Source: Chiloscyllium plagiosum (lineage: Eukaryota). From it: a stretch of 64,000 nt of DNA. Both the position numbers and the translations under genes were made by a program. How positions within the stretch are numbered: the stretch's first letter is position 1; each line of letters opens with the position of its first letter. The notes beneath the pieces are model-generated. The model did not search any database and was not told the origin of the DNA. It saw nothing but the letters and a program-made list of their open reading frames with translations. Positions 11,011-24,833 of the stretch are shown piece after piece. The DNA is taken from assembly GCF_004010195.1 (NCBI RefSeq), contig NC_057715.1, positions 58,073,274 through 58,137,273 on the forward strand, written 5' to 3'.

Positions 11011-14000
11011 ATTTATTTTGTTGAAAGCTCTCATGCAGTTTCCCTGTCAGTGAAGTATATCACTTGATCCAAAGTTAAATGAGCTGTTATTCATATTGGT
11101 AGCCTTGGTGGTCATTAATTCACAACATAAAATGTGCCCTAAGGGGGTTCAAATTCTTAAACTCATCAAAAACCTCAAGAACAATATGTTGGGAAATGTC
11201 TTGCATTAAGTCTTATACTCTTTCTTGCATCATGATATTAGATAAACAGACCATTAGCCCTTCAACTCTTCATTTATTTTTATTCTCTTCCCTTTACTAC
11301 AAGTTACATTGCATTATCCCATAAGACTGTTCTCACTAGAGGAAGATCCAAAGGCAATTCATATTTCCAAACCTATGCAGTTCCTTATATTTAAGCTCTG
11401 TTTTTATGTCTGGCATACATAGTGTATGGAATAAAGGTCCTGTCATGGTACAATCCATATCTTTCAACCAACTGAAATGATTGACTCTGCACTGCTCTTT
11501 TTTTTAATCTGTATTCTATAGTCAAAAGACACATGTTATTCAAAGATAAGATTTTCTTAAATTCAATATGAAGCTTTCAATAAATGTGAATGAAAGCATG
11601 TTGAAGAACAGAACAAAATCATTCACTTAGCTTAGATTTTATTTTGCGTTATTCACAGCAGTTAATAACTTTCTACAAAAATGATATTGACAAGGGCCAT
11701 GTCAAATGTTGTATAATTTATTGAATGCTTTCTTTTAATCCCTAAGAAACAGCTACAGAGAGTTAGTTGTCTGGTTTTGGTACTCCTTCTTTGTGCTAAA
11801 TTGTTCTGCCAGAACAGCCATTATTTTGCTGAGAAGGAAACCTATTGTGTCAGAATAGTTCAACAGATAACATGCAAAAACACTGCTCAGCCATTTCCAT
11901 CATGTCAACAGAAAAAGGAAGAAAATGGGAAAATTTAGAATGTATTTAATGATCAGGCCATCAAAATCAAAATTAAAATGCTTCCCAACACATAGAAAAA
12001 GTATTGTCATCATTGTACGCTTAATAACACAGTTATCTCAGAAGAACATTTATGTGATCCTATCTAGTCTAAATGTTTATTTCCCGTAAACCATTATTCA
12101 AAACATAAATGCATCCATTGATAACTGCATGCATTATTCTGACGCTCCATTGGTGTAGATCATGCAAAGAAACAAATTAAAAAGGAATTATTTATAATTA
12201 TACAGATGTAAGACAGCAGTTATGTTGCCACTTGCCTCAAAGTGGTTTAATTTCCTAATTGAGATGAGAGTATCAACATAAATTGTGCGTCAGATGGTGC
12301 ACCAGGAGGCTGTCTCACGATGATTTAATTCACATCAACTACAATAACTGGTGAAAAGCTCATTATAAGACTATATCATAGATCACTATGGGAATGTTTA
12401 AAATTTCATATGGCATCTTTTTAGCAGTAGATTAAGCCTCCTGCTGTACTTTGGTAACATACGAAATGAGCTGCTTGGTCAGAGGACGATGTACTTTCAA
12501 ACATGGGCCCAGCTCCTTTATTCCTCTCCTGTGATTACCTGAAGAAGTGTGTGGCTAATAACATAACAATTCAGCAGACATTACATTAGACAGCATTGAT
12601 ATTGGGCTAAGCTCAGTAACTGTAACAAAATTGCAATCTCAGATGATTTGTCAAATTCAAAGAACAAGTAACTCACTAGAATGTTTCAATAATGTGTCAG
12701 CTGGAGATCAATGGTATCTCTCCCAGCTTTGAGACAGAAGGTTGTGAGTTCAAAGTCACATTCCAGAGTCTTCACTAGATAATTTGCATCCACATGAAGG
12801 CTCATGATGACAATGTAATTGGTTAATTACTACCAGCACTTCTTGTTTTGGTTTTAGATTTCCAGCATCCAGAGTAGTTTGCATTGGTACTTTAGTGCAG
12901 TTTACAGAAGGACTATTATACTACTGTGTTAAGAGATGGACCCAGTTAATGAAGAAATTGGGGTGTTGTTTACATTATGTCAACACTTGATCAATAATAA
13001 AACAACTGACACAGATTCGAATTTTTGCCAAGACTCATAAACAATAAAGCACAATGTAGGGTTGAGTAATTTTTTTCAATAATTTTGATCTCATCCAGCA
13101 AGTGAGAAATCTGATTATATTTTATTCAGGTGTGGTCAATAAAATACCTGTGCGAGCACAACATTTGGTTCCCTCTGTCCCCATCTCACTCTCATCTTTG
13201 GTGACCTGTATTGTCCTTAACAGGCTTTACACGTAAATTGATCAGTGGGAAATCATGGGTGATTTACTTATAGTGGTTAATAGATGAAAAATACAATAAG
13301 TGATTTGATGAAGGGGGAACAAAAGCATTCAGTTCTGTGTAACAGCACTTCTGGATATGAAAAATAATCACAACATTTAGGAGAGCTCTGGCGGTGTGCT
13401 GGCAGTGCCCCGAACTCAGGATTAAGAAGCCTAGTTTTAAGTCCCACCTTTCGAAAGGGGTATAATGACATATTTAAATAGGTTGCTTTATAAAAAAAAC
13501 CCAACATTTTGCTTTTATCTGTGTATTTTGTTTCATTAAATAGCAGACCAGTCATTTGGTTATAGGTCAAAAGCACAAATGTTAGAACTCTCTGATATTG
13601 CCCAAGCCAATGTGAGCTCAAGAAAGCAAATGTTAAATCACTTTGATTTCTCTGTTCCTACGTGCTCTATTCTTGTGCAGTATTCAGTTCAAAAGGAAAA
13701 CACTGAGAGTGGGTAACTGGCATGTGTATAGATTGCATATAAATTTAAGCTCTGTAAATGAGTTTTGTGTTGTTAGTTTGAGCTTTATGCATTTTGTTGT
13801 ATCTTGTACTTCGTTATCTAAATTGTAACACAACTCAATGTTTTGATTTAGTTTGGCTCTTGCCAGTGTGACCCTTATTTCTCTGTAGAACAAAAGAAGG
13901 CAGTAATCTTTTGAAAGTGACTTTACTTAATGTATTAAACAATTATTTTAACAAAAATATATTGATATATGTTAGAATTTTCCAAAATACCTAGCTGGAA

Positions 14001-14430
14001 TTGGGCTGTTATTATCAATCAATAGGGGATGACACTATATATCCTCGAAACAGAAAACAAATTATTCTGGTGGTGGCTCATCACCTGGGTGGAGATTTGT
14101 GAAGGCGTGTCAACTAAATGGGCCAATCTATAATAAAAGGGATAGTGCCAAATTTGACTAACATCTCAAGAAACTAGTCAGTAAATAGTAGGAAATGATA
14201 TCAGCAAGACCACTACTCTTAAAGAAATCAATCAAAAATTAGATGCACACCACCTAGCCAATCTGAGATTGATCATGTGGTGTCCACATATTGTATTGCA
14301 AGCCAATTAGAGTGCAGGATCTTTGATCTTGAATAGTGAATAGAGGTTAGCAAGGGTTAATAAGCCATAACTCTTCGCAGTCCAGAGCACTGAGAAGATA
14401 GAAGATGGAAGGAGAATTTTGTTCAATAAA

Positions 14431-14726
14431 GCATGGTGGCTCAGTGGTTAGTACTGCTGCCTCACAGCGCCAGGGTCTCAGGTTCAATTCCAGCCTTGGG
14501 TGACTATCTGTGTGGAGTTTGCACATTCTCCCCATGTCTGTGTGGGTTTACTCTGGGTGCTCTGGTTTCCTCCCACATTCCAAAGATGTGCAGGTCAGGT
14601 GAATTGGCCATGCTAAATTATCCATAGTTGCTAGGTGCATTAGTCAGAGGTGGCTGGGTCACTCTTCGGAGGATCGGTGTGGACTTGTTGGGCTGAAAGG
14701 CTTGTTTACCATAGGGAATCTAATCA
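14431..14726 (+). mobile_element. HE1-type SINE
   Basis: A box TGGCTCAGTGG, B box GGTTCAATTCC, shared body, AATCTAATC tail. Confidence 0.92.
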
Positions 14727-15199
14727 AGCAAGAGATATGTACAATCAGTCAGAGGTCATGTACTAATAGTTCAATGTGAATTGACTTGCATCCACTGCTT
14801 TTATTAAGAATCATTCTTTTCTACTTACTATAATAAACTTAATAACTCCTGTGGAAGTTATGGAAGCTTAATATACCTGAATTAGTCTTGAATCTAATCA
14901 GGACTAGTAGACTTTTAGTTTGGCTCTCCAATAACTAATTTATACTTTCATTATAATTGACTTAAATCTTATAATTAAGGTAAAGTGAACCCCAAACTCT
15001 TACAGTGAAAACAAGTAATACATGTTTCAAGACAAATAAAACATGTTGAGCATCAAATAATTCATTAAAGAAAGCTAAGGGAAAAGTAATCAAGTTTATC
15101 AAAAATAGACTTGTTTTCAAATTGAGAATGACTCTTCACAATAAACAATGGAAACCTCTATTGCTAAATTATAGACATCAATTCAATTTCTCTAAATTT

Positions 15200-15600
15200 G
15201 GATTGAAGGTAGTTCAGAGAAAATTCACTCGGATGATGCCTGTTATACACAGATTATCTTATAAGCAAAAGCTAAACAGGTTGGGACTCCAGAACGAGAG
15301 GTGATCTCATCGAAACATATAGGATTCTTAGAGGACTTGACAGGGTAAATGGAAAGAGGATGCTTCCCCTCATGGGAGAATCTTGGACCAAAGGATATGG
15401 TTTCAGAGTAAAGGGTGCCAATTTAAGACTGAGATGAGGCAGAATTTTTTCTTTCAGGAAGTTAGGAGTCTTTGGAACTCCTTGCCACTGAGAGCTGTGG
15501 ACGCTGAGTCCTTGTGTATAACTAAGGTAGATTCTTGATCAGTCAGAGAATCAAGGGTAACTCCTGTTCCTATTTCTTATAATCTACTGGTCTTATGATT
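15200..15600 (+). mobile_element. Older CR1 LINE 3' fragment
   Basis: LKVVQRKFTRMMP...LSYKQKLNRLGL...RGDLIETY, then a 3' UTR ending in TCTTATG. Confidence 0.8.
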
Positions 15601-15682
15601 AAAGTGCAGCATCAGTGATGTTAAACAATGTCAAATCACATGTAACTGGAACCTGAGACAGAATGTTCTGAGGATATCCTAT

Positions 15683-16385
15683 AATAGTAAAGTCTGAGGG
15701 AGTGTTGCTGAACAAAGAGACCTTGTGCATAGATCCTTGAAAGTGGAGCCGCAGGTAGATAGGATAGTGAAGAAGGTGTTTGGTATGCTTTCCTTTATTG
15801 GTCAGAGTATTGAGTACAAGAGTTGGGAGGTCATGTTGCTGCTGTACAGGACATTGGTTAGGCCACTATTGGAATATTGCATGCAATTCTGGTCTCCTTT
15901 CTATCGGAAAGATGTTGTGAAACTTGAAAGGGTTCAGAAAAGATTTGCAGGGATGTTGCCAGGGTTGGAGGATTTGAGCTACAGGGAGAGATTGAATAGG
16001 CTGGGGCTGTTTTCCCTGGAGCATCGGAAGCTGAGGGGTGACCTTATAGAGGTTTATAAAATCATGAGGGGAATGGATTGGATAAATAGACAAAGTTTTT
16101 TTTCCCCACGGTGGGAGGTCCAGAACTAGAGAGTGAGAGGGGAAAGATGTAAAAGAGATCTAAGGGGCAACTTTTTCATGCAAAGGGTAATACCTGTATG
16201 GAATAAGCTGCCATTTAAAAGGCATCTGAATGGGTATATGAATAGGAAGGGTTTGGAGGGATATGGGCCAGGTATTGGCAGGTGGAACTAGATTGGGTGG
16301 GATATCTGGTCGGCATGAACGAGTTGGACCGTAGGGTCTGTTTCCATGCTGAAAATCTGTACGACTCTATGACTCTATGACTCTA
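15683..16385 (+). mobile_element. CR1 LINE 3' end, 5'-truncated
   Basis: ORF 15725-16129 LYRTLVRPLLEYCMQFWSP...LERVQKRF...LSYRERLNRLGLFSLE...RGDLIEVYKIM; tail (GACTCTAT)x3. Confidence 0.93.
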
Positions 16386-16404
16386 TTACAGTCCACTTGG
16401 TAAA

Positions 16405-18282
16405 TACAGTCTGTTCTGAAAATCACACAATAGAAATAATAGGGCCTACGGGAAAAACAGGGTTAGGGGCAGATCACCAATAGTATCAGTAAAGATCAAA
16501 ACAAAAGTAATAGTTAGCCTAACACAAACAATAGCACAGTCTAAGTAAATTTTTAAATCATCTTTTTTAAAAATTACATTAAGTTTAACATTGTAAGGGA
16601 TTTCTGAGTTTGCTGAGTTACAGAACTGTATTAAGAAAGGGCTGAGGGTTATCTTCAGCATCATCATTCAGTGCGAGGTTACAACGAAAGAACATATTTA
16701 GTCCAGAAGTGGATGGCTGTGGTTCATTGTCCTCAGACTGTTTCTTGGGGGTTAGCTTAAAAAAGACATCTAGTTTTCGATGCTTTATCATCTTTTTTTT
16801 TCATGAATAAGCTGTTCATAGGGTGCCAGATATGACTTAATACCACAAACTGCGAGCCTGCTGCATTCTGCATTGTAGACATCGTCTTCTAAGAAGTGCA
16901 ACTACTTCTCAACTTCCCTCAGGATAGAAGACAGAAGACAAGTGGGAAGTTCTCATGGTGCTGCATCCTGGACTTTATCTCAAGCTTCAATTTCCCCTGC
17001 AGCAACAAGTTGTTGCAGATCAGCTGTGGAGAGGTCTTCACAATGGGACTCAAGCAGCTCCTCGACATCCTCAGTCTCCACTTCTTCAAATCCAACTTGC
17101 TTTGCACGAGCAACACAATGTTATTTGATTGCTGGAAGCTTCTCTGGTGGTTCAACACCTTTAAAATCATGAAAAAAATTTGGGGGATGCTTCTGCCAAA
17201 CTGCATGCAGGCAGTCCTTACTGACATCTCCCCAGGCCTCCACAATGATGTCAATAGCACTCTTAATGTCAAAACTCTTCCAAACGTGAAAAACACTGTC
17301 CTCATCCCCCATAGCTGCAATCAGCTTCCTAAGTTTGCACCTTAAATAATAAGCTTTAAAAGTTGCTATTGCACCCTGATCTGTGGGTTGAATGAGACAG
17401 GCTGTGTTCGGAGGTAGAAGTAGCACTGAGATGCTTTCAGAAAGCTCACCAATGGTGGGAGAGTGGCTTGGTGCATTGCCCAGAATGAGGAGAATCTTGA
17501 AATCCAATTTTTTTCTTTTGCAATAATTTTGAGAAACAAAATCCTAGAAAGCACCGACAATAAGGTCAGAAACAATTTACCCCATCTTTTGCTTGACCTG
17601 AAGTAAACACTTCGAGTCGACTTAAGGTAATCTTTCAAGGCTCATGGGTTGGTAGAGTGGCACACCAACACAAGCTTAATCTTTAAGTCTCCACTAGCAT
17701 TGGCACCCAACAACACAGTCATACGATCCCTTTGCGACGTCAAAACCTGAAGCATGTCCTTCATTCTTAGAAAAGTAGGTTCTGGACGGCATTCACTTCC
17801 AGTATGAACCTGTCTCATCCAGGTAAAAGATTTGATCTAAAGTGTAGCCTTCTTCTTCAAACAATCTTTTTCACCATGGGAGGAAATGTCAGTGCACGTT
17901 TCTCGTCTGTACTGGCAGCTTCGCCACATAACCTTATGTTACAAAAAGCATAGTGGTTCTTAAATCCAGCAAACCAGGCACTACTAGTACCGAAGGCAGG
18001 CACATCTGCAGGATTTTCAGTTTCTTTGCCTTAGGTCCTCAAAAATTGATAAGGCTTTCTGTTTTATGGTGAGAAACGTGATCCCAGATCGCTTTTTCAA
18101 TTGATCTTCTATCCATGCACTTAGAAGCTGCTCCATCTCCTCAAGTTCCTTTGTTTGTGATCTCACAGAGTCGTGTAATAGTCAATGGAGGTTCGTGTCT
18201 AAAAAAAACTGTTCCCCAATTCACCAATCGCACTATAGCCAAATCGCATTGATGAAACATGTGCTATAGGAGAACGACCTGA
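16405..18282 (-). mobile_element. Tigger/pogo-type DNA transposon, degenerate
   Basis: QIFYLDETG.YWK*MPSRTY; DRMTVLLGANASGD; FKILLILGNAPSH...LPPNTACLIQPTDQGAIATFKAYYLR (DDE domain). Terminal CAGGTCGTTCTCCTATAG at about 18281 on the minus strand; the left TIR is degraded. Confidence 0.9.
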
Positions 18283-18996
18283 AATATAAATGGTCAATAA
18301 ATGTTGATTAGTTTGTAACAGCATGGTTTCCAGCTCTCTTCAAAGCCATATGTTCAATTATAATATAGAATACACATTTATACTTATATATAAGACATAA
18401 ACCAGTCAGGCAATTCAAGCAGAAATCTGAAATCAATGTAGGAAATGCAAAGCATAATCAGTTTCAGAAAGAGAAAGATCGTTGAACATATAACCTCCAT
18501 CAGAACTATACAATTTAAACTGTCCATTTATACTGAAACTAGCATCAGACTGAGAAAGAAGACTATTAAGACGGGCAGAGATGAAATTTTGAAACACTTA
18601 ATTGAAGTAAGCAATTGTATGAAATATAATATTAAAACTGAATGAAAATGAGGTCAACTTTGCTTTCAGCAGTGAATGAACTGCTCCAACCATTCATTAA
18701 ACTTATACACAGACATTTTTCTAAGAGTTTGCAATGACAAGTGCTGTAATTAGAGTGCCATTTCAGCATTGACCCTCCAAAGGCATTTGGGATCTAAGCA
18801 AAAAGGGCAAGCCATGTCTATTTCTTGAATCAATCAGATTGCAAAATCAATAATGAGCCAGAGTGTCTTGTTTTGAAAGACGGATTTTAGAAGATGATTA
18901 TGTTTCAGGATTGTCTCTTCAGTTTAAAGAAATATGGTCTAATGGAGAGTGACATTGATTTATTCTAAATTCTATCATACAAGCCTGGGTAGCTTG

Positions 18997-19010
18997 GTTG
19001 CCATGGAGAC
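18997..19010. promoter_or_regulatory. RFX X-box motif
   Basis: GTTGCCATGGAGAC, a near-consensus X-box in non-repeat DNA. Confidence 0.45.
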
Positions 19011-19109
19011 AGGGAGGGCCAAGTCAAGAGTTATTAAGAGCAAGGTGCAAAATGTTTGCAGCTGAAGAAAACGAAAGAGCAGCTGTGAATAACTGTGGGT
19101 GGACTTCAT

Positions 19110-19255
19110 ACAAACCCTACAGTGTGGAAGCAGGTCATTTGGCTCACTGAGATCATACAACTCCCCTAAAGAGTGTTCCACCCAGACCCACCCCTACCCC
19201 ATCCTCGTAACTGTGCATTTCCCATGGCTAATCCACCTAGCTCGCACATCCCTGA
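19110..19255 (-). mobile_element. HE1-like SINE 3' part
   Basis: CCCTACAGTGTGGAAGCAGG...CCACCCAGACCCA...CATGGCTAATCCACCT is shared with other copies. Confidence 0.75.
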
Positions 19256-19269
19256 CTTCCCTCTGAATA

Positions 19270-19502
19270 GAGAGACAACAGGATAGACAGAACCTGAGAA
19301 AAAGTATTGAGTTACAAAAAAGGCGAGATAGGATGGGACTTTTTTCACTGGCTGGTGGAAGGTTAAGAGTTGCAACCTTATATTTGTTGATAAAATCATG
19401 AGGGGTATAGATCGTGTTGATGGCAGTCATCTTTTCCCTAACATGGGGGACTTTAAGACGAGAGGGAGCCTTTTTAAGGTGAGAGGGGAAAGATTTTAAA
19501 AA
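19270..19502 (+). mobile_element. CR1 LINE 3' coding fragment
   Basis: LSYKKR.DRMGLFSL...RLR...KIMRGIDRV, as in the other CR1 ends. Confidence 0.7.
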
Positions 19503-20454
19503 ACAAAAAGTTAGTCTGGGCATGTTCAGGAGGGGACAGAATTGCTGGAGTGGGTTTCATTGCTGATATTCAGGCCAGACCTTTCTGGAAACTATAAGAA
19601 ACATTTACCCAATATTATGACCAGAAAAACAGGGCAAAACAAACAAATTAGAGGCAGATAGTGACGTTGGACGGGTTCTTATAAAATTTACAACATTGTG
19701 GCAATTGAGCAGTGAGAAATAGAATAGAATACCACAAAACAGAATAGAATAGCAATTTATTGACCTGTCTATTTTTACAAAAACTACAGTGAAAGGTTTT
19801 ATAAGTTGCTATACCACTTATGACAGAGGTCATAAATATTAAAAAAAAGAGTAAAAGTTCATCACAGTTCAATTAACAGTTCCTGGGTTTGGGGTACACT
19901 GGAAAACCGGGCCAAGACCGCTACACCACGCCATGACAAGACCTCCATGCCGGGACTAGACCTCCATGCTGGATCATTGGAAGACACTCTAAATCAAGGC
20001 AAGGTCTCCGCACCGGGACTAGACCTTCATGCCAAGCTACTGGAACACCCGAAAGCCACCGAAGACCTAAATACTGGAACAAGACCATCATGCCAGGTTG
20101 AGACCACTCCCCTCCTGGACAAGACTGCTACATAGGGAGACCACCATATAACTGTAACATGAGATTTTTGATTGCTTTAAAATTTAATGAGAGTTGCCTA
20201 CAAGGTATTGCTTAGTTGATGCTTCTTAAAGTTTATTATTATAGTAAAAGACTTACAACTTGAAATCTTGTAATGTGATTTCATGAAGTCATTCACTGGG
20301 AAATCAAATGTCTTTTAAAAAATCTGAGGTCTCAATGGGGAATCATAATACTCTATACCAGGAAATGCCAATTAGTATATTTAACATTTAATGTGAAATC
20401 AGATATGGAATGCATTATAAAAAGTGGAAAACAAAGGTGTAATTAAGAAAGATA

Positions 20455-20742
20455 TTGCTGCCTCACAGCACCAAGGTCGATTCCAGCCTCAGGCGACTGG
20501 CTGTGTGGAGTTTGCACATTCTCCTTGTGTCTGCGTGGGTTTCCTCCAGGTGCTCCGGTTTCCTCCCACAGTCCAAAGATTCGCAGGCCAGGTGAATTGG
20601 CCATGCTAAATTGCCCATAGTGTTAGGTACATTAGTCAGAGGGAAATGTATCTGGGTGGGTCACTCTTCGGAGGGTCGAGGTGGACTGGTTGGGCCAAAA
20701 GCCTGTTTCCACACTGTAGGGGATCGAATCTAATCTAATCTA
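20455..20742 (+). mobile_element. HE1-type SINE, 5'-truncated
   Basis: Shared body and (TAATC)x3 tail. Confidence 0.9.
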
Positions 20743-22119
20743 AAATTGTTTAAATCTCCGAAATCAGTTAAAGCATAAGGAATGTGGTTCCACTCTTGTA
20801 AAAATTCATTTTCAAGGACAAGAAGTTGTTAACAGTAATTAGGACTTACTGCACTGTTAAAAAAAAAACTTACAATTTTTAGGTGAGTTTAATGTACATT
20901 TATCGTGCAGTGACTTCATGCTGTCCAACATATTTAAATGCTGGGTCTCTTGGTGAGATAGTGTATAGCTCCTGGAGGAGCAACAGGGCAACACTATCAG
21001 CAACATTCTGGTTTCTGCATTTAATTGTAGTCACTAGTAATTCATATCCAATTTACTGTGAAAAAAAACTGAGTATAAATTACCTGGCCATAATTTCTCC
21101 AGCAAAATTTGGTCCAATATTTTATTCATTATAGAACTCTTAGATTAGCATCATGTGAAGATGATCTTAATTGCTTCAAAATACTTCAATAATCACTTTA
21201 TTATTATCAAACTACATTTTAAAAATTACAGTGATATTCAGAGTTTTTGTCACTGCTGAATTTGTCCTATTCATGTCAGGTTGAACAAGTTGATTAATAA
21301 TGTGAGTCATTGCATTAAATGTTGCATTAGCAGTTTCTTTGTTTTCAAATAAAAGGTTTAAAACATGTTTATATTTAAAACATTTCTATCTAAAGTTTTA
21401 GGATAAAGGTCTGTTTCATTTCTTAATATCTTTGTGGCCCAATTAAAAATATAACACTGTTGACAATTCATTTGATTTGTTGTCAATTCTGAATTTTGGC
21501 CCTTAACATACATATCTTGAATATAGATAAATTGACTAAGATCGTCGCTGCTAAATTTGAATCTGACATGCGCTAGGATCTAGAGAGATAATAAAAGAGT
21601 ATGAGTCCATGTTTGAACAAAATCCTTCATGGGTCAGGAGTTGGGTGAACATTTCAGAATTTTGAATGGAATATCCTTTAGGACATGTTGAGTTAAATAT
21701 TACTGATCTTGGTAACATTATCACTGCTTGCTGTTTGCCTTTGCACACCTAGACATAATGACCTAGGTTTTCCGATTAAAAGATAGTTCTTGCAACTTGA
21801 AAGAAGCTCTATGGGACCTCCCAAAGGTCTTGATGCACCAATCACAAAGAAAACTGACCAGAAACTTTAAACCTCCAATGATCAATTACCCGGCATCTAA
21901 AGCATTCAGGAAAACTTTGCGTTTCTAAGTTAAGGTTGGAGACCTCCAAAAGTTCTAATTCAGGAAACTGACTAGCTACCCGGCAAAGCATAGAGGGATT
22001 AAAACCTGCTATAATGCCTGGGTATTGACTCTCCTAATTTCTCACCCTTAACAGCCCCAGCAGCAACCCATCCCCTCCCTAAACTTTGATTCCCATTTAC
22101 TCCAGTTTTGCTACGGCAA

Positions 22120-23930
22120 TTTGATGCCATACTCAGTTAAATATAGCCTTAATGTCCAGGGCAGTCACTTTCACCTCACCTCGGGAATTCAAATCTTCCA
22201 TCCATGTTTGAACAAAATCCTTCGTGGGTCAGGAGTTGGGTGAACATTTCAGAACCTAAACTGGGTATTAGTGAGCACATTATTGCTAAGCAAATACTTC
22301 TCAATAGCACTGTTGATGTCAACTTCCATCATTTTACTGATGATTGAAAGTAGACTGATGGGACAGTAATTTTCTGCATTGGACTTTTCCTGCTTTTCAT
22401 ATACAGGTCATGGTCAATTTCCGACACTTTCAGGTAAATGCCAGTGTAACTCTACTGGAACAGCTTGGTAAGACACTCAACAAGTTCTGGAGTTTAGGTC
22501 TTCAGTACTATAGTCAGACTGCTGTCAGGGAGTTGTTGCAACATCCAGTCACTCCAGCTTGCTGTCATGTGGAGTGAATTGAATTGGCTGACAACTGGCA
22601 TCTGTGATGCTGGGAATCTCTGGAGGAGGCTGAGATGGATCATCAACTCAGCACCTCTGGCTGAAGGTTGGTACAAAAATGTCAGCCTTATATTTTGCAC
22701 TGGTGTGCTGGGCTCCCTCAACATTGAGGATGAGGATATTCATGGAGCCTCTTCCTCCACCAAATTTTTTGATGGTCGATCACCATTCATGACTGGATGC
22801 TGCAGGGCTGCAGAGCTTGGGTCTAATCTGCTGGTTGTTGGATCACTTAACTCAGTCTATTCAAATAGTTCTAGTTCATTGCTTTTCCAGTTTGATACCT
22901 CATGGTTAGGTACATCTGATGTGCTCCTGTCATGATGCTTGCATTCTTCTTTGAACTAGAGTGGTTTCCTGGCTTGATAGTAATGATAGAGTAGTGATAT
23001 GCTGGGTCATGAGGTTGCAAATTACATTGGAGTTCAAGTCGTCTGCCACTAATGGCCTATTGCGTATCATAGAAACCCAGTTTTGAGTTGCTAGATCTAT
23101 CAAATTCTATCCCATTTAGCATAATAATATTGCCACACAACAGGGTACAGGATATTCTCAATGTGAAGGTAGGAATTTGTCTCCACAAACACTCTCTAAT
23201 GATCACCTTTACTGATACTGTCATAGACAGATGCACCTGTTACAGGCCGATTGGAGAGGTTGAGGTCAGGTGTGTTTTCCTTCTTTTTTGTTCCCTGGTC
23301 CCCTATCTACAGGCCTACCCAGCAGTTATCTCCTTTAGGACACAACCAGCTTTATCAGTAATGGCGCTAAAGAGCCACTCTTGGGAGTGTTCATTGTTGC
23401 CATGAGTATATTCTGCATTCGTATCACGCTCAGTGCTTGCTTCAAGTGATGATCAATATGGAGATATACTGATTCAGCAGCTTAGTAGGGGTAGTAAATA
23501 GGAATCAGCAGAATGCCATGAGACTCCATGTTGAAGACTTACTGGCTAACTCCCTCCTAAATGTATACCGCTAGGCCACCACCTTTGCTTGATCTATCCT
23601 GCTGATGGAATGGTAATGGTGTTGTTTGGGATATTGTGTGTAATGTATGTTCCAAAGAATATGATTATATCAGGCTGTTCATTGACTAGAGTCTGTGAGT
23701 CAGCTCTCACAATTTTGGCACTAGCACTGTCATGTTGATAAGGAGATTTTGCAGTGTTGACAAGGCTGAGTTTGCCTTTGTTATTTCGATGCCTTTGTTG
23801 ATGCCAGATGATCCATCCATTTTCATTTCTTTTTGAGACATTTCAGCATTTCATACAACAGGAAAGCTTGTTAGAGCAGTTAAGAGCCAACTACATGTCG
23901 GCCAGACCAGGTAAGTACAACTGTTTTCTT
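22120..23930 (-). mobile_element. Old CR1/L2-group LINE ORF2 remnant
   Basis: On the minus strand, a decayed NYCPISLLSIISKM.EVDINSAIEKYLLSNN...QFRF block (about 22250-22370) and upstream endonuclease-like sequence. Family resemblance to 32125-32720 and 56880-57655. Confidence 0.7.
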
Positions 23931-24544
23931 TGCCCTAAAGGATATTCGTGAATTTGATAGATTTTTATGACAATCAACAAAAGTTTCATGCCCACCTTTT
24001 GACTATTAATTCTATACTTTTATTGAACTCAAATTCGACCATGTGCTGTGGTCAGGTTTGAACCAGAATCCTAAGGACATTTCCTGGATCTCCTGATTAC
24101 AAGTCAAACAACAATACTACTATGCCACTGTCTCCACTGGATTAATGGCAATCTACACATTTCTGAACCTTAGCGTCAGGACTTAGACCAAGAAATGTAG
24201 AGTGCTGATGCAGGATAAAGATCAAGAGCAGCAACATAGCATTGTGGGTCTACCTCTTACTGTATGGACTACAGCGGTTCGAGACGGCAGCTCAGTGCCA
24301 CCATAGCAAGGGCAACTAGGGATGCACAATAAATGTTGGATGAGCCAGAGATACTCAGATCCCAAAAATGAATACTTTTAAAAAACACATTTTTTTTTCT
24401 GGTTTCCAAAGTGTATTTGAGTGGACTAATCATTGCATATGTTTTGTTCTACGTGGGTGCTGGGGATGTAAGGTAACCATGACAGAACATTTAATTTTCC
24501 ATCTGCTCACAGGTTTATGAAGCCAATGTAAAATATTTTGCATG

Positions 24545-24833
24545 ATTAGATTATCAACAGTGTGAAAACAGGCCCTTCGGCACAACCAGTCCTCCGAAGA
24601 GTAACCTATCCAGACCCATTTCTGACTAATGCACCCAATACTACGGGCAATTTAGCTTGGCCAATTCACCTGACCTGCACATCTTTGGACTGTGGGAGGA
24701 AACTGGAGCATCTGGAGGAAACCCACGCAGAATGCACAAACTCCACACAGACAATTGCCCAAGGCTGGAATCAAACCTAGCACCCTGGTGCTGTGAGGCA
24801 GCAGTGCTAATCACTGAGCCAAAGTGCCACCCC
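24545..24833 (-). mobile_element. HE1-type SINE
   Basis: Reverse complement of the SINE body; GATTAGATT tail on the + strand. Confidence 0.9.

Noticed and set aside
16896-17345. 149-aa + strand ORF
   Set aside because: It is antisense to the Tigger transposase and has no recognisable domain.
20874-21055. Minus-strand segment with good acceptor and donor sites
   Set aside because: All three frames contain stops, so it is not a coding exon. A non-coding role is not excluded.
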